From Bacteroidota bacterium (GTDB lineage: Bacteria > Bacteroidota > Bacteroidia > Chitinophagales > CAIODY01): DNA of 37,282 bases. The stretch spans positions 1 through 37,282 of the forward strand of contig JBEANU010000273.1 in NCBI GenBank assembly GCA_041165265.1, given 5' to 3'. Below are positions 25,945-35,933 of the stretch, piece by piece (the first letter of the stretch is position 1; every line of letters begins with the position of its first letter). The notes under the pieces are model-generated. The model saw only the letters and a program-made list of their open reading frames with translations. It did no database searches and had not been told where the DNA came from. A program made the translations under genes and the position numbers.

Positions 25945-26604
25945 TTAAACAAGTTTTGCCAACACACTTTTATTTCCTTTAACAATTTGGTTTAAAGCTA
26001 CATCTATTTTAGTGCCGATAGGAAAAAATACATCAACCCTGCTACCAAATTTTATAAAACCAAAATCGTTGCCATGTATTACTTTATCACCTGGTTTTAC
26101 ATAACAAATAATTCGTTTAGCCAATGCGCCAGCAATTTGCCGCATTAATATTTCAGTTTTACCATTACTAATTACCACCGTATTTCTTTCATTTTCAGTT
26201 GATGATTTTGGATGCCATGCTACCAAGTATTTTCCTTCATGATATTGTACATATTTTACTTCGCCACCAATTGCACAACGGTTTACATGAACATTTGCTG
26301 GCGACATAAAAATGGATACTTGCAATCTTTTATCTTTAAAATATTCAGGTTCAAATACTTCTTCAATCACTACAACTTTTCCATCACATGGCGATACAAC
26401 ATAGTTTGCTGGCACCTCAACAGTACGAATTGGGTTACGAAAAAATGAAGAAATGGCCAACCAAATAATTAATGAAGCCGCTGCCATGATACATTGTACT
26501 GTACAATTATCTATCAAAAATTTAAATGCTACTATATTAATGATGGTTAAAATCAAGAATAATCCAACTACCTCTTTTCTGCCCTCTTTGTGAATATAAT
26601 TCAT
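25945..26604 (-). CDS. psd: phosphatidylserine decarboxylase proenzyme
   Basis: 219 aa. N-terminal membrane segments and a C-terminal FIKFGSRVD self-cleavage-type motif (G-S). Confidence 0.8.
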   Translation of the reverse strand: MNYIHKEGRKEVVGLFLILTIINIVAFKFLIDNCTVQCIMAAASLIIWLAISSFFRNPIRTVEVPANYVVSPCDGKVVVIEEVFEPEYFKDKRLQVSIFMSPANVHVNRCAIGGEVKYVQYHEGKYLVAWHPKSSTENERNTVVISNGKTEILMRQIAGALAKRIICYVKPGDKVIHGNDFGFIKFGSRVDVFFPIGTKIDVALNQIVKGNKSVLAKLV

Positions 26605-26684
26605 TTCGTTATTTTTTTATTTGAAATTTAAAAACCGAAAATACGCTTTTACAACAAATTGAAAAATAAAATGCCATAGTAAAA

Positions 26685-26714
26685 TTTGTGGCTTATCGTT
26701 TTTTTATATTTTTG
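26685..26714 (+). promoter_or_regulatory. candidate Bacteroidota promoter (-33 TTTG, -7 TATTTTTG)
   Basis: TTTG at 26685-26688, an 18-nt spacer, then TATTTTTG at 26707-26714. This lies about 100 nt upstream of the rny ATG. Confidence 0.4.
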
Positions 26715-26811
26715 TACACTTCTGATTTTTTTGAATAATCAAAAATTATTCACTTTATCAGTTATATATATATTAATATTATTTTTTAATTTAAAACAAC
26801 AAAACAAAATA

Positions 26812-28383
26812 ATGGATGTAATCACGATAGTGTTATTAGGTGCGGCGGCTGTATTAGGCGTAGGTATTGGTATTTTTGCTGGCAAGTCAATTTTTTCAAA
26901 ATCATTTAATGCCAATAAAGAACAGGCAGATAAAGAGGCGAATTTAATTTTAGAAAATGCTAAAAAAGAGGCAGAAAATTTAAAGAAAGAAAAACTGTTA
27001 GAGGCAAAAGAAAAATTTCAACAAACTAAAATTGAACAAGAAAAAGAAATTCAACAAAAACTAAATAAAGCGGATGAAAGAGAAAGGGCAGTGAAGCAGA
27101 AGGAACAATCACTGAGTCAGAAAATTGAAAACACTGCAAAAAAAGATCAGGAGTTGGATGTGTTGAAAGAAAACATGAAACAACAATTGGATTTGGTAAA
27201 CGAGAAAAAAAGCCAATTAGATAAATCACATGAAACTATGGTGAAAACTTTAGAAAAAGCAGCAGGAATGAGTGCTGTGGATGCTAAAGCACAATTGATT
27301 GAATCATTAAAAGGCGAAGCTAAAACGGCCGCATCATCGCATATTAAATCCATCATGGATGAAGCAAAACTTACAGCCAACAAAGAAGCTAAAAAAATTA
27401 TCATTCAAACCATTCAACGTACTGCTCAAGAACATGCTATTGAAAATTCAGTAAGCACTTTTCAGTTAGAAGGTGATGATATGAAAGGGCAAATTATTGG
27501 TAGAGAAGGTAGAAATATCAGGGCTTTAGAAGCAGCAACTGGGGTTGAGTTTATTGTTGATGATACACCTGATACCATCATTCTTTCATGTTTTGACCCA
27601 ATTAGAAGAGAGATTGCAAGATTAAGTTTACAACGATTAGTTTCTGATGGTCGTATTCATCCAGCACGTATTGAAGAAGTAGTTGAAAAAACTAAAAAAC
27701 AATTAGAAGACCAAGTAGTAGAAATAGGCGAACGCACTTGTATTGAATTAGGCATTCATGGCTTACATCCTGAATTAATTAGAATGGTGGGCAGAATGCG
27801 TTATCGTTCCTCTTACGGTCAAAACTTATTACACCATAGTAAAGAAGTAGCAAACATGTGTGCTGTAATGGCTGCTGAATTGGGCTTGAATCCGAAGTTA
27901 GCAAAACGTGCAGGATTATTACATGATATTGGTAAAGTACCTGATATGGAACAAGAATTATCGCATGCTTTATTAGGGGCAAAATTAGCTGAACAATATA
28001 ACGAGCATCCAAGTATTGTAAATGCCATTGGCGCACATCACGATGAAATGGAAATGAAATTTGTGATTTCACCCATCATTCAAATATGTGATAGTATAAG
28101 TGGCGCCAGACCAGGTGCCCGTAGAGATACCTACAATCAATACTTACAGCGTATTAAAGATTTAGAAAATTTAGCTATGGGATTTGATGGCGTTGAAAAA
28201 GCATTTGCCGTTCAAGCTGGTAGAGAGTTACGGGTAATTGTTGAAGCCACTAAAGTAGATGATAAATTTGCTGAACAAATGAGTTTTGATATGAGTCAGA
28301 AAATTATGAATGAAATGCAATACCCTGGGCAAATAAGAGTAACTGTAATCAGAGAAACTAGAGCCGTGAATATTGCTCGATAA
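26812..28383 (+). CDS. rny: ribonuclease Y
   Basis: N-terminal TM helix, Lys/Glu-rich coiled coil, KH motif [13 protein letters not shown] and HD motif LLHDIGK. ATG at 26812 preferred over the ORF-track start at 26686. Confidence 0.9.
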   Translation: MDVITIVLLGAAAVLGVGIGIFAGKSIFSKSFNANKEQADKEANLILENAKKEAENLKKEKLLEAKEKFQQTKIEQEKEIQQKLNKADERERAVKQKEQSLSQKIENTAKKDQELDVLKENMKQQLDLVNEKKSQLDKSHETMVKTLEKAAGMSAVDAKAQLIESLKGEAKTAASSHIKSIMDEAKLTANKEAKKIIIQTIQRTAQEHAIENSVSTFQLEGDDMKGQIIGREGRNIRALEAATGVEFIVDDTPDTIILSCFDPIRREIARLSLQRLVSDGRIHPARIEEVVEKTKKQLEDQVVEIGERTCIELGIHGLHPELIRMVGRMRYRSSYGQNLLHHSKEVANMCAVMAAELGLNPKLAKRAGLLHDIGKVPDMEQELSHALLGAKLAEQYNEHPSIVNAIGAHHDEMEMKFVISPIIQICDSISGARPGARRDTYNQYLQRIKDLENLAMGFDGVEKAFAVQAGRELRVIVEATKVDDKFAEQMSFDMSQKIMNEMQYPGQIRVTVIRETRAVNIAR

Positions 28384-28403
28384 TAATTTTTAGATAATAC
28401 GTA

Positions 28404-28440
28404 AAAAGGTTGCTACATCACTTAGCAACCTTTTTTATTT
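28404..28440 (+). terminator. rho-independent terminator after rny
   Basis: aaaaggttgcta-N7-tagcaaccttttttatttt. Confidence 0.8.
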
Positions 28441-28541
28441 TATGCCACTGCTCTATAAATCGCTTTAGCTTAGCCATGTTGCATTGGTGCAAAATTCACT
28501 TTTTTTGTGGGACTACTAAACAATCCAGTAAAACTTACCCA

Positions 28542-30854
28542 CTAATTACCCAACTCACTTATAAATTTCAAACGCATTAATTGCACTTGTTCAAAGTCAA
28601 AATCTTCTTTGCCCAATTCATTTACAGCAGTTGCAATATCATCGGTTTCAGCATGTTTAAAATAATCAAAAATTTCCTGTTGGGTATATTCATCAATATG
28701 TTCATTGATGTAATAACTTAAATTTAATTTGGTTCCGCTGGCCACAATAGTTTCTAGTTCGGTTACTAAATCAACCATGCTCATAGTTCGCTGACGGGCA
28801 ATTTCATCTAACGGAATTTTTTTATCAATATTCTGAATAATTTGAACTTTTGCTGCTGATTTATTCGCCACCGTTTTGATTAAAAAATCTAACGGACGGT
28901 CAATATTGTTTTCTTCAACATACTTTGCAATTAGCTCTACAAAAGGCTTTCCGTATCGTACTGCTTTTCCTTTGCTTACTCCTTGACAATTTTCTAACTC
29001 TTGCAAATTAGTAGGATACATCGTGGCCATATCATTGATAGATGGCTCTTGAAAAATAACAAACGGAGGTAACTTTTTTTCTTTAGCCACTTGTTTTACC
29101 AAATCTTTCAGCATCTTCAATAATTCAGTATCCAATGCGCCGCCACCGCCGCCGCTGTTGGTAATCACATCATCATCATCTGTATCTTCCACCACTTCAT
29201 AATTATGATTTACCGTAACTTTTACGCTGAATGGTTTTTTCAAAAACTCTTTTCCTTCATCTGTAAATTTCAATAATCCATATTGCTCAATATCCTTTCT
29301 GATGAAATTATTTATCAAAGCATGACGAACGATTGAACTCCAGAAATGCTCATCGTGGGCTTTTCCTGAACCATATTCTTTTATTTTATCATGACCAAAC
29401 ATTACAATTTGTTGGTCTTTTTTACCGCAAATAATTTTTACGATATAATCAATTCCATAATTTTCACCAACCGCTTTTACGGTTTTTAAAACTGTGGTAA
29501 TAAATTCTTTTCCTTCTTGATGTTCTTTAGGGTGAACACAATTATCACACATTCCGCAGTTTTCTTGTTGCAAGTTTTCACCAAAATAATGTAGGATGAA
29601 TTTCCTTCGGCAAACCGATGTTTCAGCAAAAGCTTCCATTTCCATTAAAAGTTGTCCGCCTAATTCACGTTCGGCCATTGGCTTATCTCTCATGAATTTT
29701 TCTAACTTCAACAAATCATTATATGAATAATAACTTCGGCAGATGCCTTCCAATCCATCCCTACCAGCTCTGCCTGTTTCTTGATAATAGTTTTCTAAAC
29801 TTTTTGGAAAGTTATAATGAATCACAAATCGCACATCGGGTTTATCAATTCCCATCCCAAAAGCAATTGTAGCCACTATTACATCAACTTCTTGCATCAA
29901 AAACCAATCTTGCCGTTGGCTTCGTACAGCGGCTTCTAACCCTGCATGATAAGCCACTGCCTTAATTCCGTTAACTGATAAAATTTGAGCAATTTCTTCT
30001 GCCATTTTTCTGCTCAAAGTGTAAATAATGCCCGATTTGCCGTTGTGCTTTCTTACAAATTTAATAATCTCTTTAATCGTTTCTTCTTTCTTCCGTTTGG
30101 GCTGTACTTCATACATCAAATTAGGTCTATTAAATGATGAAATAAAAATTTCAGGTTTATTCATACCCAAATTTTTCAAAATATCACTTTGTACTTTGGG
30201 CGTTGCAGTGGCGGTTAAAGCCACTAACGGAATGCGTTGCTTTAAAGATTTAATCATTTCTTTAATGCGCCTATACTCTGGCCTAAAATCATGCCCCCAC
30301 TCACTGATACAATGTGCTTCATCAACTGCTACAAAAGATACTTTTATGCCTTTAAAAAATTCAACATTTTCTTCTTTGGTAAGTGTTTCAGGGGCAACAT
30401 ATAATAATTTTGTATTACCAGCCCTGATATCATCTTTTACTTTTTTGGCTTGAATTTTTGTAAGAGATGAGTTTAAAAAATGCGCTACCGCATCATTTTC
30501 ACCATAGCTTCTAATGGCATCTACTTGGTTTTTCATTAATGCAATTAAGGGCGAAATAATAATTGCTGTACCCTCTAACATTAATGCTGGTAACTGATAA
30601 CACATTGATTTGCCACCGCCGGTTGGCATAATCACAAAAGTATCCCTACCATCTAAAATGGAAGTTATAATATCTTCTTGATTGCCCTTAAAGCTATCAA
30701 AACCAAAATGGTTATGTAGTTCTTTACCTAATGCAGGGTTTTTAACAGCTACTTTTTGTATTCCTTTTAAGGCATCTTTATGTATTACTTGTTCTGTAGT
30801 AATAGTTTGTTTTGAAGATGTTTTTGATGCAGATTTTTTTGGTACAGTTGGCAT
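28542..30854 (-). CDS. recQ: ATP-dependent DNA helicase RecQ
   Basis: DEAH box VDEAHCISEWGHDFRPEY, a zinc-binding Cys cluster (CRRK...CGMCDNC) and a C-terminal HRDC-like region. Confidence 0.9.
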   Translation of the reverse strand: MPTVPKKSASKTSSKQTITTEQVIHKDALKGIQKVAVKNPALGKELHNHFGFDSFKGNQEDIITSILDGRDTFVIMPTGGGKSMCYQLPALMLEGTAIIISPLIALMKNQVDAIRSYGENDAVAHFLNSSLTKIQAKKVKDDIRAGNTKLLYVAPETLTKEENVEFFKGIKVSFVAVDEAHCISEWGHDFRPEYRRIKEMIKSLKQRIPLVALTATATPKVQSDILKNLGMNKPEIFISSFNRPNLMYEVQPKRKKEETIKEIIKFVRKHNGKSGIIYTLSRKMAEEIAQILSVNGIKAVAYHAGLEAAVRSQRQDWFLMQEVDVIVATIAFGMGIDKPDVRFVIHYNFPKSLENYYQETGRAGRDGLEGICRSYYSYNDLLKLEKFMRDKPMAERELGGQLLMEMEAFAETSVCRRKFILHYFGENLQQENCGMCDNCVHPKEHQEGKEFITTVLKTVKAVGENYGIDYIVKIICGKKDQQIVMFGHDKIKEYGSGKAHDEHFWSSIVRHALINNFIRKDIEQYGLLKFTDEGKEFLKKPFSVKVTVNHNYEVVEDTDDDDVITNSGGGGGALDTELLKMLKDLVKQVAKEKKLPPFVIFQEPSINDMATMYPTNLQELENCQGVSKGKAVRYGKPFVELIAKYVEENNIDRPLDFLIKTVANKSAAKVQIIQNIDKKIPLDEIARQRTMSMVDLVTELETIVASGTKLNLSYYINEHIDEYTQQEIFDYFKHAETDDIATAVNELGKEDFDFEQVQLMRLKFISELGN

Positions 30855-30931
30855 AATTTAATCATCACTCTTAATTTGGTGTGATAGGTTGAAGTTACAA
30901 TAAATATTATTACTACAAAAATATTATAGAT

Positions 30932-30968
30932 AAAAAAAAATCCCATTCTGATTTCTCAAAATGGGATT
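30932..30968 (-). terminator. rho-independent terminator after rplY
   Basis: The minus strand reads taatcccatt-N13-aatgggatt followed by T9. Confidence 0.8.
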
Positions 30969-30990
30969 AGAAATTATTTTAAAAATAAAA

Positions 30991-31626
30991 TTATTTTTTT
31001 GCAGCAGGTGCAGCTTTAGCAGCAGCCGGTGCAGCAGCTTTAGCTGGAGTAGCTGATTTTGCAGCTTCTTCAGCTTGTTTTAATTGACGAGTTACAAATG
31101 CACTTACAATTGGATTGTTGGCAGCAGTAATAATATCCATACCATCAAATGAAACATCTTTTACTCGGATGTTTTTACCCAATTCTAACTCTTCAACATT
31201 AATTTCAAGGTTTGAACGTAATGCTGATGGTAAAGATTTTACTTTTAATTTACGTAATCTCGGAATTAATTTTCCGCCGGCTTTTACCCCTTTTGAAGTG
31301 CCTATGAATTTCACAGGTAATTCAACAACTACTTTTTTACCTTCAGTAAGTTCTAAAAAATCAACGTGTGTTACGTTGTCTTTAATCGGGTCAAATTGAA
31401 TGTCTTGAATAAAACATGCAAATGATTTCCCGTTTACTGTTACCTCGGCTGTTTTAAAATCAGGGGTGTACACCATTGTTTTCAACGCTTTTGCTGAAAC
31501 ATAAAAATGCACATTCTGTTCGCCGCCATACAATACGCATGGTACATTACCTTTAGCACGTTCAGCTGTGATAGCTTTGCGGCTCATGTCGGTTCTGCTC
31601 ATGCCTTCTAATTTAACTGCTTCCAT
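30991..31626 (-). CDS. rplY: 50S ribosomal protein L25 / general stress protein Ctc
   Basis: 211 aa. Contains GNVPCVLYGG and an Ala/Lys-rich C-terminal tail typical of Ctc-form L25. Confidence 0.85.
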   Translation of the reverse strand: MEAVKLEGMSRTDMSRKAITAERAKGNVPCVLYGGEQNVHFYVSAKALKTMVYTPDFKTAEVTVNGKSFACFIQDIQFDPIKDNVTHVDFLELTEGKKVVVELPVKFIGTSKGVKAGGKLIPRLRKLKVKSLPSALRSNLEINVEELELGKNIRVKDVSFDGMDIITAANNPIVSAFVTRQLKQAEEAAKSATPAKAAAPAAAKAAPAAKK

Positions 31627-31855
31627 TTTGCTTTTTTGTTATTTGTTTAAAAAAATTCGGACGGCGAAGATAATCTATTTTTTTATACCATCATCCCTTA
31701 TTTTTAAAATTCTATACTTCTGTTTTTAGATGGCATCAATCCTACTTAATACATGATTAGGTTTTGTATTATTTTAAAATCATCTATCATTAATTATTAC
31801 AAGGTTTCAATCTTTTCATCATTTTTGCAACCTTTAAAAAAAGAGGATTTTAAAA

Positions 31856-32680
31856 ATGGCAATTTTAGGTAAGCAAAATAACGATGGTGCTAACATGAGT
31901 TTTTTTGAGCATATTGATGCTTTAAGAGGGCATTTGTTCCGCATTGCTGTAGCCATTGTAAGTGCTGCCATTGTAGTTTTTATTAATAAATCATTTGTGT
32001 TTGATACTGTTTTATTTGGCCCCAAAAAAGCTGATTTTATTACCTATAAATGGATGTGCCAATTAGGCGCAACACTAAATATTAAAGATTTATGCCTTAC
32101 CGTTCCTGATTTTAAAATTGTAAGTAGTACGCTTTCAGGGCAGTTTATGGCGCATATTACTATCTCATTTATTATTGGGTTGATAATTGCCATACCCTAT
32201 GTTTTTTGGGAAATTTGGCGTTTTATTTCTCCTGCATTGCATCCCAAAGAACGTAAAGCCGCTAATAGTATTATTGGTTTTTCATCCATTCTGTTTTTAT
32301 TAGGAGCTGCCTTTGGATATTTTTTCTTAACGCCGTTTTCAATTTCGTTTTTGACTGATTATAATGTTTCAAATGAAGTGGTGAACCTGCCTACGTTAGA
32401 TGAATATGTTGATTTTGTAACTTCTATGGTTTTAGTTACAGGCTTATCTTTTGAGTTGCCCATTGTGATGTTATTTTTAGGTAGGGTGGGCATTGTAAAT
32501 GCACCAATGCTGAAAAACTTTAGGCGCTATGCTTTAATATTGGTTTTAGTATTATCCGCCATTATTACACCATCGGTTGATATGTTTACGCAAGGGTTGG
32601 TGGCTGTGCCGCTTTATGCCTTGTACGAACTAAGTATAATTGTGGTAAGTAGAGTTGAGAAAAATAAATCAACTGAATAG
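31856..32680 (+). CDS. tatC: twin-arginine translocase subunit TatC
   Basis: MSFFEHIDALRGHLFR followed by a six-TM pattern typical of TatC. The real start may be the internal ATG 13 codons downstream. Confidence 0.85.
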   Translation: MAILGKQNNDGANMSFFEHIDALRGHLFRIAVAIVSAAIVVFINKSFVFDTVLFGPKKADFITYKWMCQLGATLNIKDLCLTVPDFKIVSSTLSGQFMAHITISFIIGLIIAIPYVFWEIWRFISPALHPKERKAANSIIGFSSILFLLGAAFGYFFLTPFSISFLTDYNVSNEVVNLPTLDEYVDFVTSMVLVTGLSFELPIVMLFLGRVGIVNAPMLKNFRRYALILVLVLSAIITPSVDMFTQGLVAVPLYALYELSIIVVSRVEKNKSTE

Positions 32681-32682
32681 TG

Positions 32683-33183
32683 TTATACCAAATAGGCATA
32701 AGGTTCAGCAATGTTTTCACCAATTTCAACCTGTATCATTTCTTTTAAAGTAGTTGAAATGGATAACCCAACAAAATCGGGTGTTATCGGAAATGATTTA
32801 TGCTGCCTATCCACCAAAACAGCCAATTGTAGCTTACTTATCTGCTTTTCAAGTAAGGGTTTTAAAGCATAAAAAATAGTTTTGCCGCTATTGGCTACAT
32901 CATCTACAATAATGATTGATTTATTTTGTAGATCCACATCACACAATATTTGTATGGCTGAATTTAGAGGATTTTTTTTGTCAATTTTTATTTCTCCAAT
33001 TAGCACATTCCATTTTTTTTGCTTCAACAATTCTGCTTGTAAATGCTTGGCTATATAAAGTCCTCGGTCAAAAATTCCTAATAAAACAATTTCATTTTCA
33101 TGATCATTGTTTTCAGTAATTTCAATTGCCATCCGTTTTAATTTACGATGAATATCAGCTGATGTTAAAATGGTTTGTTGCAT
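32683..33183 (-). CDS. pyrR: PyrR-like phosphoribosyltransferase (pyr regulator / uracil PRTase family)
   Basis: 166 aa. The N-terminal pattern ADIHRKLKRMAIEITENN...VLLGIFDRG and the PRPP loop IIIVDDVANSGKT fit this family. Confidence 0.6.
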   Translation of the reverse strand: MQQTILTSADIHRKLKRMAIEITENNDHENEIVLLGIFDRGLYIAKHLQAELLKQKKWNVLIGEIKIDKKNPLNSAIQILCDVDLQNKSIIIVDDVANSGKTIFYALKPLLEKQISKLQLAVLVDRQHKSFPITPDFVGLSISTTLKEMIQVEIGENIAEPYAYLV

Positions 33184-33210
33184 AATTAATTTGTGAATTC
33201 AAAAATATAT

Positions 33211-34041
33211 TTATTTATCAAATGAATCTTCTGAATCAGGATTAGGACAATGAGGTGTAAAAAAAGTGTAGCTTAATGAAATCATGGTGAACATATATTT
33301 ATCTTTAAACTGATCGCCACGTTGCTTGCCCACCACATCACTTAAAAGATTGGTGGTGTTTGATGGATCAGCAAAGTTGGATGATTTTTTATTGGTTTGT
33401 ACTTTTTTTTGAATATATAAATTGCTCACATCATCCAAATAATCAGTATAAGTATGATGATACATACATTCAATAGATAGTGTGACTGACTTAGCAATAT
33501 TAAATTTTAAGCCTCCGCCTAACGGCATTACAAATGTTAATGGAATATAATCTTTTCCTTCGGTTTTTAGCCCTACTAATTCCTCCCACTTTCCATCATA
33601 ATTGGCTTGTGTAAAGTAATAAGCAAAGCCAGCACCCCAAAAAATAAAGGGTGACCATGTGGCATCTTTCACCAAATTTGATTTGTATTTAAAAAAATTA
33701 AATTCAAGCATGGTTACCCCTTCAGCTAAAGTATTTCGAAAGTTTAAATTTTGGTATTGAATATACTTATTATTGCTTTTAGCCGCCTGAAATGAAAACC
33801 TACAAATGTTTAAATTAGTACGCCAAGCAAAATGTGGCGTAAAATTTTTACGATAAAATGCACCGCCAACTGGTTGGTATTTTAAAACTAATGAATTTGA
33901 ATTTAAATCGCCAAAATAGGATGTAGAGCCGCTTTCAAAGCCAACTTCATGGTATTGGGCTTGTACTGAAAAACTTAGTATCAACAACCCCAATAAAAAT
34001 ATTTTTTTAAAAAAATTCACTTTGTATAAACGATAAAACAA
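33211..34041 (-). CDS. outer-membrane beta-barrel protein (DUF6089-like)
   Basis: Signal peptide ending VQAQ. YHEVGFESGSTSYFGDLN and alternating beta-strand periodicity. Family name from memory. Confidence 0.55.
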   Translation of the reverse strand: MFYRLYKVNFFKKIFLLGLLILSFSVQAQYHEVGFESGSTSYFGDLNSNSLVLKYQPVGGAFYRKNFTPHFAWRTNLNICRFSFQAAKSNNKYIQYQNLNFRNTLAEGVTMLEFNFFKYKSNLVKDATWSPFIFWGAGFAYYFTQANYDGKWEELVGLKTEGKDYIPLTFVMPLGGGLKFNIAKSVTLSIECMYHHTYTDYLDDVSNLYIQKKVQTNKKSSNFADPSNTTNLLSDVVGKQRGDQFKDKYMFTMISLSYTFFTPHCPNPDSEDSFDK

Positions 34042-34181
34042 ATGTAAAATTGTTTCCGTCAGCTTTCTTAAATCAATCTTTCAAATTGCTAACATCATTT
34101 ATAAAAATCAACTTTTAAAGACGGTGGTTGAAAAGGCAAACCAACTTGCACTATTCTTTCAAATACATGATCAATTATATT

Positions 34182-34289
34182 TCAACCATATACTTGCATC
34201 GCACCCATCCAATTCAACAATTTATTTGGCGTAGCAAATTGTTGCTGCGAAATTTGTTGTGTGTGAAGGCGATGGTGTGGGATGTGCAT
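34182..34289 (-). pseudogene. 5' remnant of an AlkZ-like winged-helix (DUF1006) DNA glycosylase-family gene
   Basis: A 35-codon ORF, MHIPHHRLHTQQISQQQFATPNKLLNWMGAMQVYG*, matches the N-terminal family pattern RLxxQQIxxxxFxxPxxxxxWMGAxQ and then terminates. It starts 3 nt after the AlbA_2 gene stop. Confidence 0.4.
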
Positions 34290-34291
34290 GG

Positions 34292-35320
34292 CTAATCTAC
34301 ATCAATGAATTTTTTTATATTTTCTAAATCAGAAAGTTCAGAATCTTCTTTGAACATAAATCCGTTTTCTTCTTTTTCAATTATTTCAGCAGGAGAGTTT
34401 GGCTTGAGTAGAATCTTATAAGAAGACATTTTCATAGGTGAATTTTTAGCCCCGTAAAGTATAATCAGATGAGCGATGTTATTTGTTTTCTTCAATTCAT
34501 TAATATCAAAAATTAGGCAATGCACTTCTGAACTTGGTGCACCAAAGTGAACAATATCAACAACATCGTTTCTCCATTTTTCATGTCCATTATTTTGAAA
34601 TGAAGTTTTAAAGTTTGTTGAGGGGATAAATGGGGCATAATCTTGAAAGATACCATTGCTAGCTATTCTGAAGGACAATGAATAATCATTTTGAAATCTT
34701 GAAAGATTGGTAAAATATGTTTTGAATATCAAAAGAATTTTTCCTTCTTGAGTTTTTGTATCAAAAATTTTTAAAAAGCTCAACAGATTAGGAAACTTTA
34801 TTCGTTTGAATAACGCTTCAATAAAGTGATACGGCGCTTTGTTGGTTTGTCCATCAATTCTCATAAAAAATCTATCTTCAAATTGATGAGGTGAATATTC
34901 ACTTTTCGGAATTTCAAAAATGTAAATGAACTTTCCTTCGTTTTCAATTCTGTGAAATAAAATTCCGTAAGGAGTTGGTGTTAATCGATTTACAATTTTC
35001 GCCATGAATTGGTCTTTCTCATAAAGGGTTTCAACCAAAGACAATTCTCCCGTAAATATTTTTTCTTTTCTGCCATCTTCTGCTTTTTTTCCAATTGGCG
35101 CTCCCCAAATTAAAAGTCCACCTTCTGAATTTAGAAATGCGCAAATTGATTTTAGAATTGCTTTTTCTTTATCTGTTGTGGACTCTTTATCGTTTGAAAA
35201 AAAAGACTTGAATTCAATCTTATCACTTTCCGTTTTCTCTTCATTGAAAAATTTCACAACATCATTATAAGTGATTTCTTCGATTTTTTCCTTGTTGAAA
35301 TATTGATTGAAATAGTTCAT
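34292..35320 (-). CDS. AlbA_2 (Schlafen-like divergent AAA/DNA-binding) domain protein with unassigned C-terminal half
   Basis: ESDKIEFKSF...ILKSICAFLNSEGGLLIWG...FIYIFEIPKSEYSPH...FFMRIDGQTNKAPYHFIEAL matches the AlbA_2 pattern. The C-terminal ~170 aa are not recognised. Confidence 0.65.
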   Translation of the reverse strand: MNYFNQYFNKEKIEEITYNDVVKFFNEEKTESDKIEFKSFFSNDKESTTDKEKAILKSICAFLNSEGGLLIWGAPIGKKAEDGRKEKIFTGELSLVETLYEKDQFMAKIVNRLTPTPYGILFHRIENEGKFIYIFEIPKSEYSPHQFEDRFFMRIDGQTNKAPYHFIEALFKRIKFPNLLSFLKIFDTKTQEGKILLIFKTYFTNLSRFQNDYSLSFRIASNGIFQDYAPFIPSTNFKTSFQNNGHEKWRNDVVDIVHFGAPSSEVHCLIFDINELKKTNNIAHLIILYGAKNSPMKMSSYKILLKPNSPAEIIEKEENGFMFKEDSELSDLENIKKFIDVD

Positions 35321-35338
35321 GGTTTTTAAAATTTAAGC

Positions 35339-35920
35339 TTATGCAGCAATGGCTTCGGCATATTTTATTTCGTAAGTTACATTTTCATTTAGCCCATCAA
35401 TTTTTAAAACACCACTATCAAACTGATTGAGTAAAATAAAACTTTGGGTGTAGTTTCCTAAAATATCCAACAAGCCTTTTGCTTCCACCAAATTCAAATT
35501 TTCTGCTCCACTTTGTTGAATAATATTCACCACTTTTTGCAATTCATCTAATCGCTTTTGATTGATGGTGTAACCTTTTACCAAATAATCTTTTAAGCGT
35601 TGCGTTGCCCACTGACGAAATTGAGTTGCTTGTTTTGAATTGACTCTATAACCAACTGATATTATCACATCAAGATTGTACAAATTCATTTTACGCTTTT
35701 TGCCATCGGCTGCAACTTGTTCCAAAATGGAACAGGTTGAATTTTGCGCCAATTCTTTTGACAAATAAATGTTGTTGATGTGTTTTACAATTGCCGGTCT
35801 GTTAACCGAAAAAAGTTTAGCAATTAAATGTGCATCTAACCAAATTGTTTCTTTATCCAAGCTAACTTGAATTTCAGAACCAGTGTCTGTTTTATAAATT
35901 TCAATTTCTCCTTTTTGCAT
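35339..35920 (-). CDS. RhuM-family N-terminal module, apparently lacking the usual C-terminal Fic/Doc part
   Basis: IWLDAHLIAKLFSVNRPAIVKHINNIY...KMNLYNLDVIISVGYRVNSKQATQFRQWATQRLKDYLVKGY matches the RhuM pattern. The ORF ends at 193 aa, within the linker region. Confidence 0.65.
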   Translation of the reverse strand: MQKGEIEIYKTDTGSEIQVSLDKETIWLDAHLIAKLFSVNRPAIVKHINNIYLSKELAQNSTCSILEQVAADGKKRKMNLYNLDVIISVGYRVNSKQATQFRQWATQRLKDYLVKGYTINQKRLDELQKVVNIIQQSGAENLNLVEAKGLLDILGNYTQSFILLNQFDSGVLKIDGLNENVTYEIKYAEAIAA

Positions 35921-35933
35921 TTTTATTTCAGGT

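Noticed and set aside
26722-26761. Hairpin in the rny leader (ctgat...tgaataat-caaaa-attattca...atcag)
   Set aside because: The stem is almost entirely A-T and such pairings are expected by chance in this composition. There is no evidence of conservation, so I do not call it a regulatory element.
26686-26811. 42-codon N-terminal extension of rny
   Set aside because: It is a hydrophobic, low-complexity translation of AT-rich leader DNA and contains the candidate promoter. The ATG at 26812 begins the conserved RNase Y TM helix.
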